From the NCBI GenBank assembly GCA_964016885.1, contig OZ024742.1, forward strand, positions 265,608,001 to 265,672,000: DNA of 64,000 nucleotides, in the 5' to 3' direction. The notes beneath the pieces were generated by a model that saw only the letters and a program-made list of their open reading frames with translations, was not told where the DNA came from and searched no databases. Positions 1 through 13,849 of this stretch are shown here, one piece after another (within the stretch, counting starts at the first letter, position 1; each line of letters opens with the position of its first letter). Made by a program: the position numbers and the translations under genes. This DNA comes from Eledone cirrhosa. Its lineage: Eukaryota.

Positions 1-2520
1 GCGCCAATGTTGACCTGAACTAACTGCATAAGGTCATCTAGATCGTATATAGGTATGTTTTATTTTATTAGATCAATATATAAGGACAATATAGATTGTC
101 CACATCTGAATTAGATGAGGCTATTTGTAGTGATTTTCCAACTGATGTGCTAGCGGCGAGAATGGCATTAGACCATTTCTTCAATGTGAAACACGAAGGT
201 TGTATTGTCAGAGCTAAGGCACGTGTTCTAAGAAATGATGAAACCAAAACTGTTTGATGGACCCGCGTGGCAGAGGCAAAACTTGGTAACAATACCACAA
301 TTCAGTCTTTGACGGATAGAAACGAATGCGAACTGATCGATTCCATGCAGATGTGTGAGGCCTTTCGCCAGCACTTATTTCGGTTGTTATGGGGGATTTG
401 GGGGCTGGAGACAGTGGATTTCAGTCACTACATCGATGGCCTACCGCGTTTCTCGACAGAAAGGGCGGAGCGCTGCGAAAAGCCGATAACATCAGTCGAT
501 ATTCGGGATCTCCTAGTCGGTTGCATCAGGCGCAAGTCACCCTGTTTCGATAATCTGTCCTAAGAGTTTTACGAAGATATGTTAGACATGTTCTCCAAAC
601 TCCTCGAAGCTCTCTACTGCAACTGGCAGCAAAATGGGAGTATTTCGAGTTCTGTAAGCCGAGTTTTATGACACTGACGGGGAAAGACGAGAACAAGACG
701 GAAACGTTAGATAACTTTAGGCCCATAGCTCTGCGGAACAGAGTTTAAGATTTTGGCCAAGGTGTTAGCGAAAAGGTTGGCGCTTGTCGTTGAGGATTTG
801 GTAGAGGAGGCGCAAACTTGCGCAATCTCGACCAGGTACATACACGACAACCTACACCTCATGCGATACATCACAGAGAGAGTAGGGTGTAAACCTGGCT
901 TCAGTGGGGCTCTAATCTATTTAGATCAATCGAAAGCTTTCGATAGGGTCGGCTATCGACACCTGGAGGCTGTCCTCCAAACAGCTGTCTTTGGTTCCGT
1001 CTTCAGAAGCTGGATCGCTGCATGTACAGCGGTATCTGCTCGGTAGTCAAAGTTAATCGCCATCTTTCGGAACCGTTTAAGATCTCTCGATCGGTCCGTC
1101 AAAGATGCCCTCTCTCCTCCCTTCTGTACTTATTGACTCTCGAGCCTTTACTGCGGAAGCTGGAGCTGTTGCAGGGGATCCCGCTCTAACCAGGACGTAC
1201 TAAGGCTGTATCGGCATATGCGGCCGACATCACCGTGATGGTGTCGAACACCTCCGAAATCGAGGTGGTCGGCACCTTCTTGGAGGAGTGTGAAAGTTTG
1301 ACGGGAGCAAAACAAAACTCGGAAAAGTCATTAGGCTTGCAGTTCGGCACCTGGAGAGGCAAGTCCATGTCTTTCAAAAGCGTATCGGGCGCTGGACGGA
1401 TGGACCTATAAAGTTGCTCGGGGTACAGACCAGACCTCCAGATGAGTAAGAATTGGGACGTGGTTACGAACAGGGTAGCCCCTTTCATCCAGAAATGGGT
1501 CTAGAGGAAGCTCCTCATGAAAAGTCGGGTGGAAATGGCGAACGCGTACATCGCGTCCGTCATCTACTACGACCTAACCGGCGTGCCATGCCCCGTTGGT
1601 GCCTCCCCAAATTAGAACGACTTCTCTTCAACTTCTTGTAGAGCGGGGATGTTCCGTTGGTTAGGCGGTCCATCTTCTGCCAGCACCCTCTACGAAGAAG
1701 GCTGGGTATGCCGTGGTTAATGAGGCGCAAACATGTGCTACGGCTGCAGTATCTCCAGATATTCTGCTTAAACGGTGAACAGGTGTGGTCAACGCTTGTG
1801 AGACAGGTCTATCCGCAGCTTGTGTCTTTAACTGAACTGTAGTCCTGGGTCAAGAAGAGACCGAGACTGGGCACCTGGCATCTGGCATGTTGCCCGTTGC
1901 TCACTGCCCTCGACCATACCCACCACTAATCCTATAGATGATTAGTGGAGGACATATGTGATTACGCCGACGTTGTGGAACTAACCATTCTATTCCGGAA
2001 GACTTTCAGGCCGAGGACAATGGATAACTTCCAGAAATCTCTCGCTTGAGAGTGCTACCGGGGCACTGCCGGTTCGAGATAAACTCTACAAGCACGGAAG
2101 TGCTGTCAGACGTACCTGTCCATGAATCGCGCAGAGCGACGAAAGATTATTGCCCGCACTCGTCCAGTGTCGGTGTATTACTGACTAGTGGAGTTACATC
2201 GAACAGCCGTTGTAACGTATAGGGCCGAGTTCATAGTGAGGATCCCACCGCCACCTTCATTTAGCCGGAAGGGTAGGCAGTTTTCCTCTGTATGTGGCCG
2301 TAGCGAAAGAGGTTGTGTGGTGGATCATGTTGAAAGGAAGGTGAGCGTGAAGAGGAAGTGCTGCACCTCAGTACATTTGTAAAAAGGTGGGTGAATGTGG
2401 CGAGAATGGGCGTTTAAATGGGCCTACTTTGAGCATGTGCATATAGGCGTGTTGATTCGATTAGTTGAGGGATACCTTTCGCGGGTGCCCTCGCAGCAGC
2501 GAATCATGAATTTCGAATTT
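1..2520 (+). mobile_element. Decayed Tx1/L1-clade non-LTR retrotransposon, ORF2 (end of APE, RT, C-terminus), cut by window edge
   Basis: Broken ORF pieces: KVLAKRLALVVEDLVEEAQTCAI, YLDQSKAFDRV, QRCPLSSLL, SAYAADIT, CQHPLRRRLGMPW. Collinear with the copy at 41.2-43.6 kb. Many stops and frameshifts. Confidence 0.9.
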
Positions 2521-2539
2521 TCGTCAACACCATCACCAT

Positions 2540-5500
2540 CACACTGAATAAAACACAAATACAGTCGCTACCACCAACACCGACACCACCACTACCAACA
2601 GCATCAACACCAGTATCAGCAGCGGCAGAAGAAGCATCAACAACCGCAACAACAACAATAACAACAATAGCCAGAAAAAAATGTACCCCTTACTACAGAT
2701 GAATTACAATGCCCGCCATTGCCAATGACATTTACCAATGTGAGCACCAGCGTCCCCACCGCTACAATGTCGGCAATCACGTCCAACACCACTGACACCA
2801 CCAGCACCAGCACCAGCGCTACCTCCAAGGCAACAAGTGAAACAAAAGAACAACACGAACAACAGCAACCACAGCAGCAGCAGCGGAAAAGAAGAATGAG
2901 ACGGTTGCGGTGAATAAGGAACACATGAACGAGGCCAGGCGAATGGTAAAAAAGAATGGATATAGGGTTAGCCTCACTCCTCCATCAAACACTATGGATC
3001 ACGGGCAGCTATATACAGTATCATACCGTGCAAATTAACACAAATACACGCTGAGTGGAGTGGGCTTCCGAGTCCCAGATAAGAACTAGGGTTTGGGACA
3101 TGTGTTGGTGTAAAAATACCACATCACTCGTGGATGAAGATGTGGGACCGTGGACATGTTCTTTGCAACCCACATGAAGCCAGAGAGCCCTCCATGTCTT
3201 CACTAAAGAGTGAAGAGCTCATACTTGTCCCGAGTTACTGAGGACAAAGGCTCATGAGAGTGAGTGACTCAGGTTCCACCGGCCATAGAAATTCCCTAGC
3301 TGATGGCTACCGTCCTTGCCTACATCGAGGACGACACAAAAGTCATCGAGGTAATGAAGATGAAACAAGAAAACTGGTCTAGATCAGGAATGGAGCTCCT
3401 GATCCAAGCGGACCAGAAGAACATCCAGGAGATTCCGAAGGTAATAGATCTCTATGACTGCAGCTAACTCACTGTAATCGTCGAGGGTAGGTGACCAAGT
3501 TGTCATGTGTGCGGCGAGAAAACTGACTTAAAGGTCTTCTATCTTCAGGGGTTGGCCACATTTCCTGCCTACGCCACTGGCTTAACCAACAACAAAAATA
3601 GCAGCAGCAACCGTAGCAAGAGCAACACCACCACCCACCACCCCGGAGGTAAAGCTGACGCAACCACCATCCACCACGGAACAATCAACACCAAAGCCTA
3701 TGGAGGATTTCTCACACTCCGACCTCTCACAACGGGAGACGGATTGTAACGAGGACGGGTGGAAAACCGTTATAAAATGAAGAAAAGAAAGAATTCTTTT
3801 CCTTCGCCCTCAAAAAAAGAGAGCGGAACAAATACACAAAACTGAAAATGTTAAGACATCAACGCCACCAGCTCCACCGCCACAAACACCAACAACATCA
3901 CCACCACCAACCCAACATCACCAACAACACCACAAAAACACCAACAGAAAGCCAGACAGAAACAAACCAAAACGGCAACTACAACAACAAACACAAATAT
4001 AACAAAACCACAAAACTGGAATGCACTACACTCCTTTAAACACGAACAATAAACAACACCAGCATCACAAAGAAAAACTACAGAACACCCCAACAATTCT
4101 CACCACCCACCCACATACAAATAATACGATCTCAAAAAAGACATACACAATTGTAAGAGGAAAATTCCCCAATGACAATGGAGATAGCCGAGAAACACTC
4201 GCTAGGAGGACATACAATGGCATCATTAAGGAGAGGGCCACAACCAGCCAGAAACAAGGATGACCCGTACTTCCTCGACAAGAACTGAGGTAAGCGGTCC
4301 CACCCACCTTTTCCCACTCCTTTTCAGCATGGCCTTACTCACAATAGGTAGTGTGAATGCAAGTATCCTGTGGTCATCATGGAAGTTGAGTCACCTGCTC
4401 ATCGATGAACATAGATGACATAGATGTGGTGGCCATCAGCGAGTCCAGAATTTCCGAGTCACATGCCTTCGCACCCATTTTCGTCAGTTATGAGGTGTAC
4501 GCATCTCCAAGCTGGCTGGGATCGGAAGGTGGAGTCGCTGTGTTGCTTCGGAAAGGCCTGGATATCGTGATACGGACCATTTTTCTGGACCCAGAAAATA
4601 AGTCGGTAGTACTGGACATGACCAGCAGTGAGGGCTATGCCTTCAGGATAATGGCTGCTTATGCTCCGTCAGGTGCAGGACAGCCTAATCTCTTCAGGCG
4701 ATTCGAGAACTTCGTAGGAACGTCCCACTCTTTAATGTCAGTGGGCGATTGGAAGGGGATCTTGGATGCATGCTGGAACTTTGTGGGACTAGCGGATAGT
4801 GGAGGAGGGTGTAAAAGCTCCTGGAGCCTGCTCATATGTTTCCAACTGTCTGACAGGTACCGACTGGATTTCCCGAATGTGCCAATGTGGACATGGACAA
4901 ACCACAGCGGGTCATCCAGATCGTATCTAGATAGAGTATTTTGAAAGTAAATAGATAGTTCTAGCATAGGTTATCCACAATTCAAGATAGTCGACTACAC
5001 ACCACAAATTCGTGATCTCTGTGGTCGACGTAGATATGCTTCATAAGCAGGGACCCGGCTACTGGAAGCTAAACGCACCGCTGACGTAGCGCAAAGTCTA
5101 CAAAGACCAGATTATCTCAATGGGTAGGTTGTCAGAGCTAAGATGCGTGCTCTCAGACACGAGGGACCGTTCGAGTGGCGAAGGCATGTCGTGTAAACAA
5201 AACCACGATCCGGTCTTTAGAGGACCACAACGGGAGCATGATATTTGATCCCGGGCAAATATGTGCGGCTTTCAGCGGCACTTCGCTCAGCTGTCCGGGG
5301 CAGCGGGGGCCGGATTGCGGGTTGGACTTTGGTGTCTATCTCGACGGTTTGCCACGGCCCTCAACCACTGAGGTGGAATGTTGCGATAAGCCGATAACAG
5401 CCGCTGAAGTACGCGAGGCAATGATTGGATGCATGATGAGTAACTATGAGTAAACCACCTGGTTTAGATGGTCTGCCCTACGAGCTTTACGTACACATGT

Positions 5501-5690
5501 CAAACTTGTTAGGCGACAACTGGCAGCAGAACGGGAGAATTCCCAGCTCTGTGAGCCGAGATGCGGTGGTGCTGTCGAGGAAGGACCCGAACAGGGACAC
5601 AACATGAATATTTCAGGCCCATAACTCTGCTAAACGTAAAGTTCAAGATTTTGACCGAGGTGCTAGTGACGAGGTTGGCGCTTGTCAATC
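2540..5690 (+). mobile_element. Decayed Tx1/L1-clade element: ORF1 remnant, APE endonuclease and start of RT; 3' truncated
   Basis: Thr/Gln/Asn low-complexity leader and zinc-knuckle remnant CHVCGEK (~3500). ORF2 starts at ~4329 (MALLTIGSVNA) with DVVAISESR, AAYAPS, VGDWKG, WTWTNHSGSSRSYLDR, then PPGLDGLPYELY and FRPITLLN. Confidence 0.88.
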
Positions 5691-5860
5691 TCACTAGCGT
5701 CTATGTCTAACTTGCTGTTTTTACTTATAAATTTCCAGGTAGCATCTTCGCCTGAATGTACACCCCATACCAGATAAAGTAAAATTTTTATATGGGCAAA
5801 TATTAGTTATATAATTTCAAAATGGAATCATTGAATATAATACTAATAAACTGATATAAT

Positions 5861-5964
5861 TGTTTCTACTTTAGGCACAATGCCAGCAATTAATCAGTGC
5901 ATTACTGGTACTTTATTTTATCGACCCCGTAAGGATGAAAGGCAAAGTCAACCTCGGCAAAGTC
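5861..5964 (-). mobile_element. 5'-truncated tRNA-derived SINE (Deu/Nin-like core)
   Basis: Core TTTGCCTTTCATCCTTACGGGGTCGATAAAATAAAGTACCAG on minus. 12-bp TSD AACTGATATAAT (5849-5860, 5965-5976). Confidence 0.9.
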
Positions 5965-6189
5965 AACTGATATAATGATAAGTTATATTATATCGTATAG
6001 CTTCATATAATGTTTTGATATATGAGCTGTTATCCTGTATTATGCCATAGTCTATTATATATTCTACAAGGTTATATATTGTATATTACATTATGTGATA
6101 AGTCGGTATGTATGTCTACGTGCGAATATACGCGTACATATATCTTTGTATATATATAGATACATACGAGTATGTATATGTGTGAGCAA

Positions 6190-6221
<32 letters not shown>

Positions 6222-6518
6222 GTATGTGTGTGTGTATACAGACATGGGGTAGTTAATTCGGAGCATTAATTACACTTATGGTATTCCATAGTAAAAATGA
6301 AAATAATTGTTAATAATTATTACAAGATTATTAATAATTATTTTTAACATTCTACGTCGATAAAGACGCTTCTAAACAAACAACTCCAATCGTATCTTGG
6401 TCATTAATTCTCAAGAATGATTTGGCACTCTATAAATCAGGACAATTGTTTGGCAAGTGATTAAATCAACACCGCCAGACTAAACAACCACTCTTTACTA
6501 ATATTAAATTTACCGCGA

Positions 6519-6690
6519 TGGATTGGCAGAGCGTCGAACACCATGCTTTACAGCATAGAGTTACGCCCCTTTCTGATCTGAGTTCAAATCCCGCCGAGGT
6601 TAACTTTGCCTTTCATCCTTACGGGGTCGATAAAATAAAGTACCAGTAATGCACTGGAATATTTGCTGTCTTGTGCCACAGGTAGTAACA
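6519..6690 (+). mobile_element. tRNA-derived SINE (Deu/Nin-like core)
   Basis: Box B GAGTTCAAATCC and the same core. 16-bp TSD ATTAAATTTACCGCGA (6503-6518, 6691-6706). Confidence 0.92.
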
Positions 6691-6863
6691 ATTAAATTTA
6701 CCGCGAGAATTCAAATATTTTAATTCTATTAAAATGCGAGTTATAAACACAAGTAAGATTAATGCAGCCATTCTAACCCTCTACACAGCCTGTATATTAG
6801 AACCAGATTACTATTAATGGTTATTTACATATGCTTCGTTTATATATATATATATATATATAT

Positions 6864-8700
6864 TCTTCTTCGCTCACTTATTCTTGAGAGGGCCGTGGGG
6901 GAAGAATCCTCAAGCACTCTTTCCAGCGGGTCCTGTCAGAAGCAACCGTCTCCAACTGATCCGGCTGGATCCCCAAGCAAGACCAGCTAACCTCACGGAT
7001 GTTATCCAACCATTTTGCTCGGGGTCTACCCTTGGGTCTCCTGTCGATTGGTTTTGCCCATAAAATCTGTCCAGCGATTCTTTCTTGAGACATTCTAACC
7101 TTATGCCCATACCATCAGAGTTGTGATCCCTCAATTCGGAGAAGTAGCGGCACTACCTGGAGTGATTATTTGATATTTAAGCTCCCCAAAGATGCAGGCC
7201 AACCGACACACACGAGTCAACCAGAGAGTACATTCTCTATTTAAGGCTTTTTACATCTCTAGGCGAATATCATCTTCCCCAGCGGCCATGTTACATTTGA
7301 GCTCTTTAACTACTCTTATGACGTTAGTCTCCGAGAGATTAGTCACCATTTGGAGGGACACCATTTCGAACGCTTGTATTCACAATCGTATTCTTTCAGT
7401 CATTAGCCAAGATTCATGACCATAAGAGTTGGCATGAATACCGGATCGAAGATAGGGAGTTTGCCATTTACACCTACCTCCCTTATTTTGATTACTGATT
7501 ACTGAAGCTGCTTGAGCATTACTGTCCCAACTCCTGCAATTCTTGCACTTAATTCATCCTCCTGGCTTCCATCACTCGTGAACATTGCCCCGAGATACTC
7601 GAAACACTCCAATTGCTTCAGTGGAACCTTATTTACATGTAGAATGCACTTCGCGGGCTTCCTAGAGGATGAGTCTCTGAGTTTTCATTCCAGCCATGCA
7701 GCACTTGGTATCAAACCTATCAAGTGTAAGTCGGAAACCACCTACTGTCGAGTTAAGTAACACCATGACGTTTGCAAATTCCAGTCAACTGATTTTACCC
7801 CCACCAGTCGTGATACCACTTCCAACCCGACTACGCATGTCAATCCTGTTCACGAAAATAATGAACAGGAGAGGTGACAATACGCACCCATGGCAGAGTC
7901 CGACTCCCACATTGAATGGTTTCGACTTGACACCATTTATCCGAAAAGAAATACCATCGATCCCACACTCCTGCAGAATCTTCTACGGCAGGTCCCCAGC
8001 AATATGGTCATAAACATTTTCTAGGTCTACAAAACAGGAATATACCTCTTGGCTCTACTTCCGCGATTTCTCGAAGAATTGCCGCAATGTGAATATTTGG
8101 TCGACTGTGCTGCGCCCGGAGCCCAAACCACATCAGCTAGCTTGGACTTGCTAAATGTCTGGCAAAGATATGCATGGAGATTTCCCTGCATCTCTTTGCC
8201 AGACACATAGCATATATTTTACCGAGGCGGCCTAATAAAGAGATCCCTCTTCATTGGAACAATCTCTCTTGTGTCACGTTTTGAAAATTGGCATTGTCAC
8301 TCCTGATTGCTTTTGTTTAGGTGCCTTTCCAGGGATCCAGGCCACCCGGCACATACAAGTCGTCCAGATAATACATTTACTATTTAAAGCTTTTAAAACC
8401 TCGAGCCCGATTACATCTTCCCCAGCTTCCTTGCCACATTTGACCACTTTAACTGCTCTTGTAACCTCAGCCTTTGAGAGATTAGTCACCGCTCCCAGAT
8501 GCACCCAGTGTACATCTGAAGATGCTGTTGTGATCGCGCTTAGGAGATCAGCAAGGTATTATCTCCTCCTCACGAGGATGCAACTCTCTGAAGTGAGGAG
8601 AACCGTAGAGGCGTTCTTGGTAGCAGGTGTGGAGAAGGGCTTCATACTAGTAATTCGCCAGCTTCAGCATTTAGTGATCAGAGGAAAAGAGGTTGACGTA
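6864..8700 (-). mobile_element. Decayed RTE-clade LINE (Rex3/Expander-like), RT and 3' end
   Basis: C-terminus RRPKGRPRAKWLDNIREVSWSCLGI...WKECLRILPPRP, RT pieces FVDLENVYD and VGVGLCHGCVLSPLLF, GAA tail. Confidence 0.85.
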
Positions 8701-9176
8701 AAAGCCAAACTGCCATCTTCAATTCAGTATTCGTGCCAACCCTTAACTATATAATATTGCACGTCCCAACAACCTCATGTACACAATATGTTTTCATACT
8801 TAAATGATTGCTTTACGCTCAGGGTTTGATATAAAATTTATTTTTATTATGATTAGAACTTTAACTCCTGATGAACTGAGGAATGTAATTTGCAAAGAGC
8901 TTCTCTCATTATATACAATATATATATATTATATACAATATATATATATTATATATATATATAGTATTAAGGATACTATTTATGGTTATGTATATACTAA
9001 AACCTTTTATAGTTATATATATATTATACCCTAAATAGTGAAAGACAGTAACTTATTACTATCTTATTACCAGTAAGATAAATAGCTCAATGTAACAACA
9101 TCAGTTGTTTTACAGAGCAGTTATATATATATATAATGAAAAACCCAAGGTTATCAAATTAAATCCATTTTTTAAT

Positions 9177-9300
9177 CTCTACCATTGTTTCTATACAGGG
9201 TATAGTCGTACATACATATGTAAACAAGTCAATCAGGATCAGTTAATTAACAATGTTTTACACTAAACACAATACATAAATACCCGCATATTATCAGGAA
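9177..9300 (-). ncRNA. Degenerate minimal hammerhead ribozyme with ~100-nt stem II (PLE pseudo-LTR remnant)
   Basis: Minus strand: ttc CTGATAA tatgcgggtat...ataccctgtata GAAA caatgg TA gag. G8 is replaced by A. 3' half resembles the HHR at 49329-49414. Confidence 0.6.
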
Positions 9301-9476
9301 TTATTAAAAGGGATTGAATTTAACCAGATACATATTTCAAGAATACAAGCAGTATCAGAAGCAATCATCTGAAGAACGCAAGTGAAGCAAAGTAGAAGTA
9401 CAAAGTAGAAAAATATTGTGTTGTTAGGTTGAAGTAAACGGCAGTACATTATTATTATTATTATTAATAGTATTAT

Positions 9477-10984
9477 AGGAGAGACAGGTCCATGCCGTCC
9501 AACAGCGTCGTCGGGCGCTGGACGGACGGACCGGCTAAATTTCTAGGGGTCTGGTTCGGTCCAGACCTACAGACAGACAAAAACTGGGACGTGACGAGCA
9601 GGGTGGCTTCTCTCACCCAGAAATGGGCAGAGAGAAAGCTATCCCTGAAAGGTCGAGCGGAGGTGGCGAATGCGTACATCGCGTCCGTCATCTACTACCT
9701 CCTGACCGTCGTGCCTTGCCCTAAGCCTCGCCTGACTGCGCTGGAAGATTTGCTCTTTCGCTTTTTGTGGAAAGGACGCGCTCCGATGGTCAGGCGGTCC
9801 ATCTGCTGTCAACACCCGCTACGTGTAGGGCTGGGCAGGCCGTGGCTGATGAAGCGCAAACACGCGCTCAGGCTACGACATCTCCACCTCTTCCTCGACG
9901 ATGATCAGGTGTGGTCGCCGTTTGCTAGATGCGTGTTTCCCCAGCTCGTCTCCTTGGCGGAGGCAGTCCTGGGTCAAGCGAAGACCGAGAGGGAGCGCTT
10001 GGAGACTGGAATGTCTTCAGGCGCTCACAGCCCTCAACCAGTCGAGCATTGCAATCGGTGGAAGCTCCACCTCGGCGTTCTATAGAGGATTAGTGGAGGG
10101 GAAGAGCGACGACGTACTTGGGGAGACTCTGGGTTTCGACGAAAATCAACTAGTCAATCTGTTCGGGAGAACTTTTGGGCCGGGGCCTATGGACAACTTC
10201 CAGAAATCCCTGGCCTAGCAGTGCTGCCGAGGAGCTTTACCAGTTCGAGATAAACTCTACAGGCATGGAAGTGCCGTCAGCCGGGTATTTCCGAAATGCG
10301 CGCAGGGCGACGAAACCGTCCTGCACGCACTCGTCCAGTGTCTGAACATTGCTGACTTGTGGGTTTATGTTGAACACTTGCTGTCGCGTGTAGGACGAAT
10401 CCGGCTATCAGCTGAGTCCATCGTGAGGATTTCCCCGCCCTCTTCCTTTAGCCGGGAAGGGCAGGCAGTTTTTATCTGTCTGGTACCATGGCGAAACAGA
10501 TAGTGTGGTGGACGCGTTTGAAAGGGCTGAAGACGAGACCGTACCTCTTCGGTGATGCCCTGATTAACTTTTTCAAATTTCATTTGAAAAGGAAAATCCG
10601 GGTAGAGAAGGAAGTACTCTCTGCCCAGAATTTTGTTGAAAGGTGGGTGAGAGAGGCAAGAATGGCCCGAGTGAAGGGGCCTACTCTGAGTATGCGCCTG
10701 TAAATTGAAGGTGGAAAACTGGGAGAGGGTACTTGCCCTGGTGGTCAGGGTCACCGTGGTTTTTTTAATGGGCTTTCTCCACGAATGTCCCTCGGAGGTC
10801 TCCTCCCTATTGGGGAATTTTTCATTGTTTCTTTTTTGTTACATCCTCTGTTTTCGGGAGGGGGGGTTTACACGCAGAAATGCCCATTTGTATCGTCCTG
10901 TACTGTTCTGTGCCGTCTGTAATGTTTTTCTTCGTGTTAGCCCTTGTGGCCAATAAAGAAACCATTATAATATAAGAAACCATA
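9477..10984 (+). mobile_element. 5'-truncated Tx1/L1-clade LINE with intact 3' UTR and tail
   Basis: ORF pieces KFLGVWFGP, LSLKGRAEVAN, ETVLHALVQC. Tail AATAAAGAAACCATTATAAT-ATAAGAAACCAT. 14-bp TSD ATTAATAGTATTAT (9463-9476, 10985-10998). Confidence 0.92.
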
Positions 10985-12715
10985 ATTAATAGTATTATTA
11001 TTTCTTATATTTGTTAGATGAATGTCCATTGGTGGTAGTTGTACATAGAGAGAAAAATAAAAAGCAAAAAGCAAAATTAGTTCAGTGCTCATCACAGTAT
11101 TTAGTTTTCGCTTTAGTGGATATGCAATATATATATGGAAATACTTACTATTATTATTAATCGGGTTCCTCGTTCCAATATAAATGAAGATCAGAAGTAT
11201 AGAACATAATTGTTTCTATTTTTGGCACAAGGCCAGCAATTACCCAGTATAGAACATCTAGAACATAATACTAGTTGACAATATCAGGCGTTCAGCGTTC
11301 GGATTTCACGTGGCAAATTTAAATCCGAGAAGCGGCGTAATTAAACAGAACGGTGTTTCGTATCGTAAAGTAGCCTGTTTAATTTTTGCCCTGCGTTAGA
11401 GCGTGTCTGTTTATAGTTATGTTACTTAATGAATCAAATATCACCTTATAATTTAAACGGCCGTTTAAATCATTGCACTTGTGAATTAGGGATATATAAT
11501 GCAATTTGCTCATGTCCCAAAGCGCAACTTTATAAGAATATACTACAGGTCTTAATCTGGCCCTGATTTGACTAATGTCAAGTATGAAGATGGAACCATC
11601 AATACTCAGAGTCTTTATGGTGCAAATACAATTGTCTCGATCAATTCTGCAATGAATTTAGCCTACCAAGAAACACCAAAATGATATAGGAGCTTAACGT
11701 GAAATCCCCTTTCTCTGACAGTAGAAAGGTCCAAACAATGATCAGCCTGCTTGTTGTTCCATTATCAGATTGACTTTCTTTAGAGGATTTGGGAAATAAG
11801 AGAACGATGATTGGTTTTAAAAGTTAGAAAGATTTAATATAGACATAAAATACAAATTATCATTCTAACAAAGCGTTCTAAGTCTGTCATGGATACAACT
11901 AGGTCGAAATGGGAATACTTTGGTTGCTAGGCCTGCATATTCGTTTCGAGTAATTACAACATCAACATTTATTTTAGGTTAAGGCTGAAAACATTAAGAG
12001 GAGGCCAGCCTGTGTCTCACTGGTACTTTTGTTTCTTACATTTTTTTAAAAACATTTTTGTTCCGTGTTAACAGAGGTCATGGCATTTGTAGGTTATTTC
12101 ACACAGGTAAGTTCGATAGGAATGATATTAGTCATGAATGTAAAATGGCTGCAGAGGTACAGGGGAGATTTAAAGCGGATGACAAAGCGTGTTTTGAACG
12201 GAGTTGGGAGGATGAAATATAATAGAGAGCTGATAGGAAGAATGGAAAGAGGAAGAGTCAAATAGAAATGATGATAATTAGAACGTAGGAGAATAAGAGA
12301 GAGATTATAAGAGGTTTAAAAGAAGAAAAAAAAAGGATGACGTAGAAGAGAAAGGCGGATAGAAGGACACAGAATCGAGATGAGATAGGCAAAGGACATG
12401 ATGACGAAGGGGAGAAAGAAAGAGAGGTAGAGGCAGGATAGATATGATAGGAGTGGAAAATGAAAAGAGGACGAGACAGCGTAGACATGATGAAAATGGA
12501 AAATAGGAGAGAAAGAGATACGAAATAGATGACCAAATTCTTCACGATGAATATTTACAAGAATTTATCCTGAAGTTTTTAAAGGTTTACTCGATTCCAT
12601 TTGCAAACCGTGAAACAATTCTGGCACTTTTACAGACGGCTTTAACACTTTTGTTACCATATCTATATCTATTTTCAAAATAAGGAAACATTAAGAAGAA
12701 TTTCGCAACATAGCT

Positions 12716-12878
12716 TAACCTTTTCGTTATTAAGCTGATGTTTGGAAAATAACTTTACAAAAGGTTCTTTCATAAAATTATGATAGGTTTTTAAGTTAGA
12801 TACACCCACTTATAAAATGAGCAGTTTTGTATCATAAAACTATAAACGGCTTTAGGCGGGTTGGTGTCAAAAGGGTAA
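12716..12878. mobile_element. Possible degenerate TTAA-type MITE
   Basis: Imperfect terminal inverted ends TTAACCTTTTCGTTAT...GGTGTCAAAAGGGTAA. Confidence 0.35.
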
Positions 12879-13084
12879 AGATATTTTATAATTTAAGATC
12901 AGCAATTGTAGTTTGTATTGTTTTAAGCCTTCTCAGTATTATATTTCTATTCCTATGCGCCATTTCCTATTTCCTAGGTTTAAGATGACAATTAGAGATG
13001 ACAACATAAACACTTAATGCAGCTGCCGCTTTACATTTTCTGTACATCAGCTAAGCATAGCATCTATAAAACAAACTATATATC

Positions 13085-13272
<188 letters not shown>

Positions 13273-13849
13273 TGAGTGTGTGCGCAGGTGCATGTGTATG
13301 TCAATTTAAAATAATTCAATGATAATAACAACAACAACTACTATTATTGCTACTACCACTACTCCGCATTGAATAACATAGGAGATTGCCCCAAGATGAA
13401 TAATAACGTGGACAAGGAAATGTGTCTCTCTTTAAAAATTGATTTAAACCTGATAATATCACCAAAACCAGTGTTTAAATTAACAAAAAGAAAACAAGAG
13501 AAAGTTATCTTAAAATGACGTAAGTAAACCCTATACATATTTTATGACTTACAAGAGATTGTTAAACACAAGACAGTGTTTAAATAACAATTAATACGCG
13601 CATAGACGAAAAGTAAGTGGGTATCTGAGACACGTAAATAGAAACGTAACAGAATATAACGAAACGATCCCAGGAAGTACAAGTGATACCTATTTTTTGA
13701 CATACAAGTGATTGCCCACCATAAAATATATTGTTTAAATAATGAGTAACATGTGTGTAGGCGAGATTTAAGCAAGCATTTGGGAGAAAGAAAACAAAAT
13801 GAGGCAAACTTTTGAATACAAACAAAACAAAATTAGAAAAAATGCATCA

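Noticed and set aside
8865-8900. CTGATGA motif
   Set aside because: No downstream GAAA or stems.
11500-12000. Possible very old LINE RT remnant on minus
   Set aside because: The motifs are too degraded to support a call.
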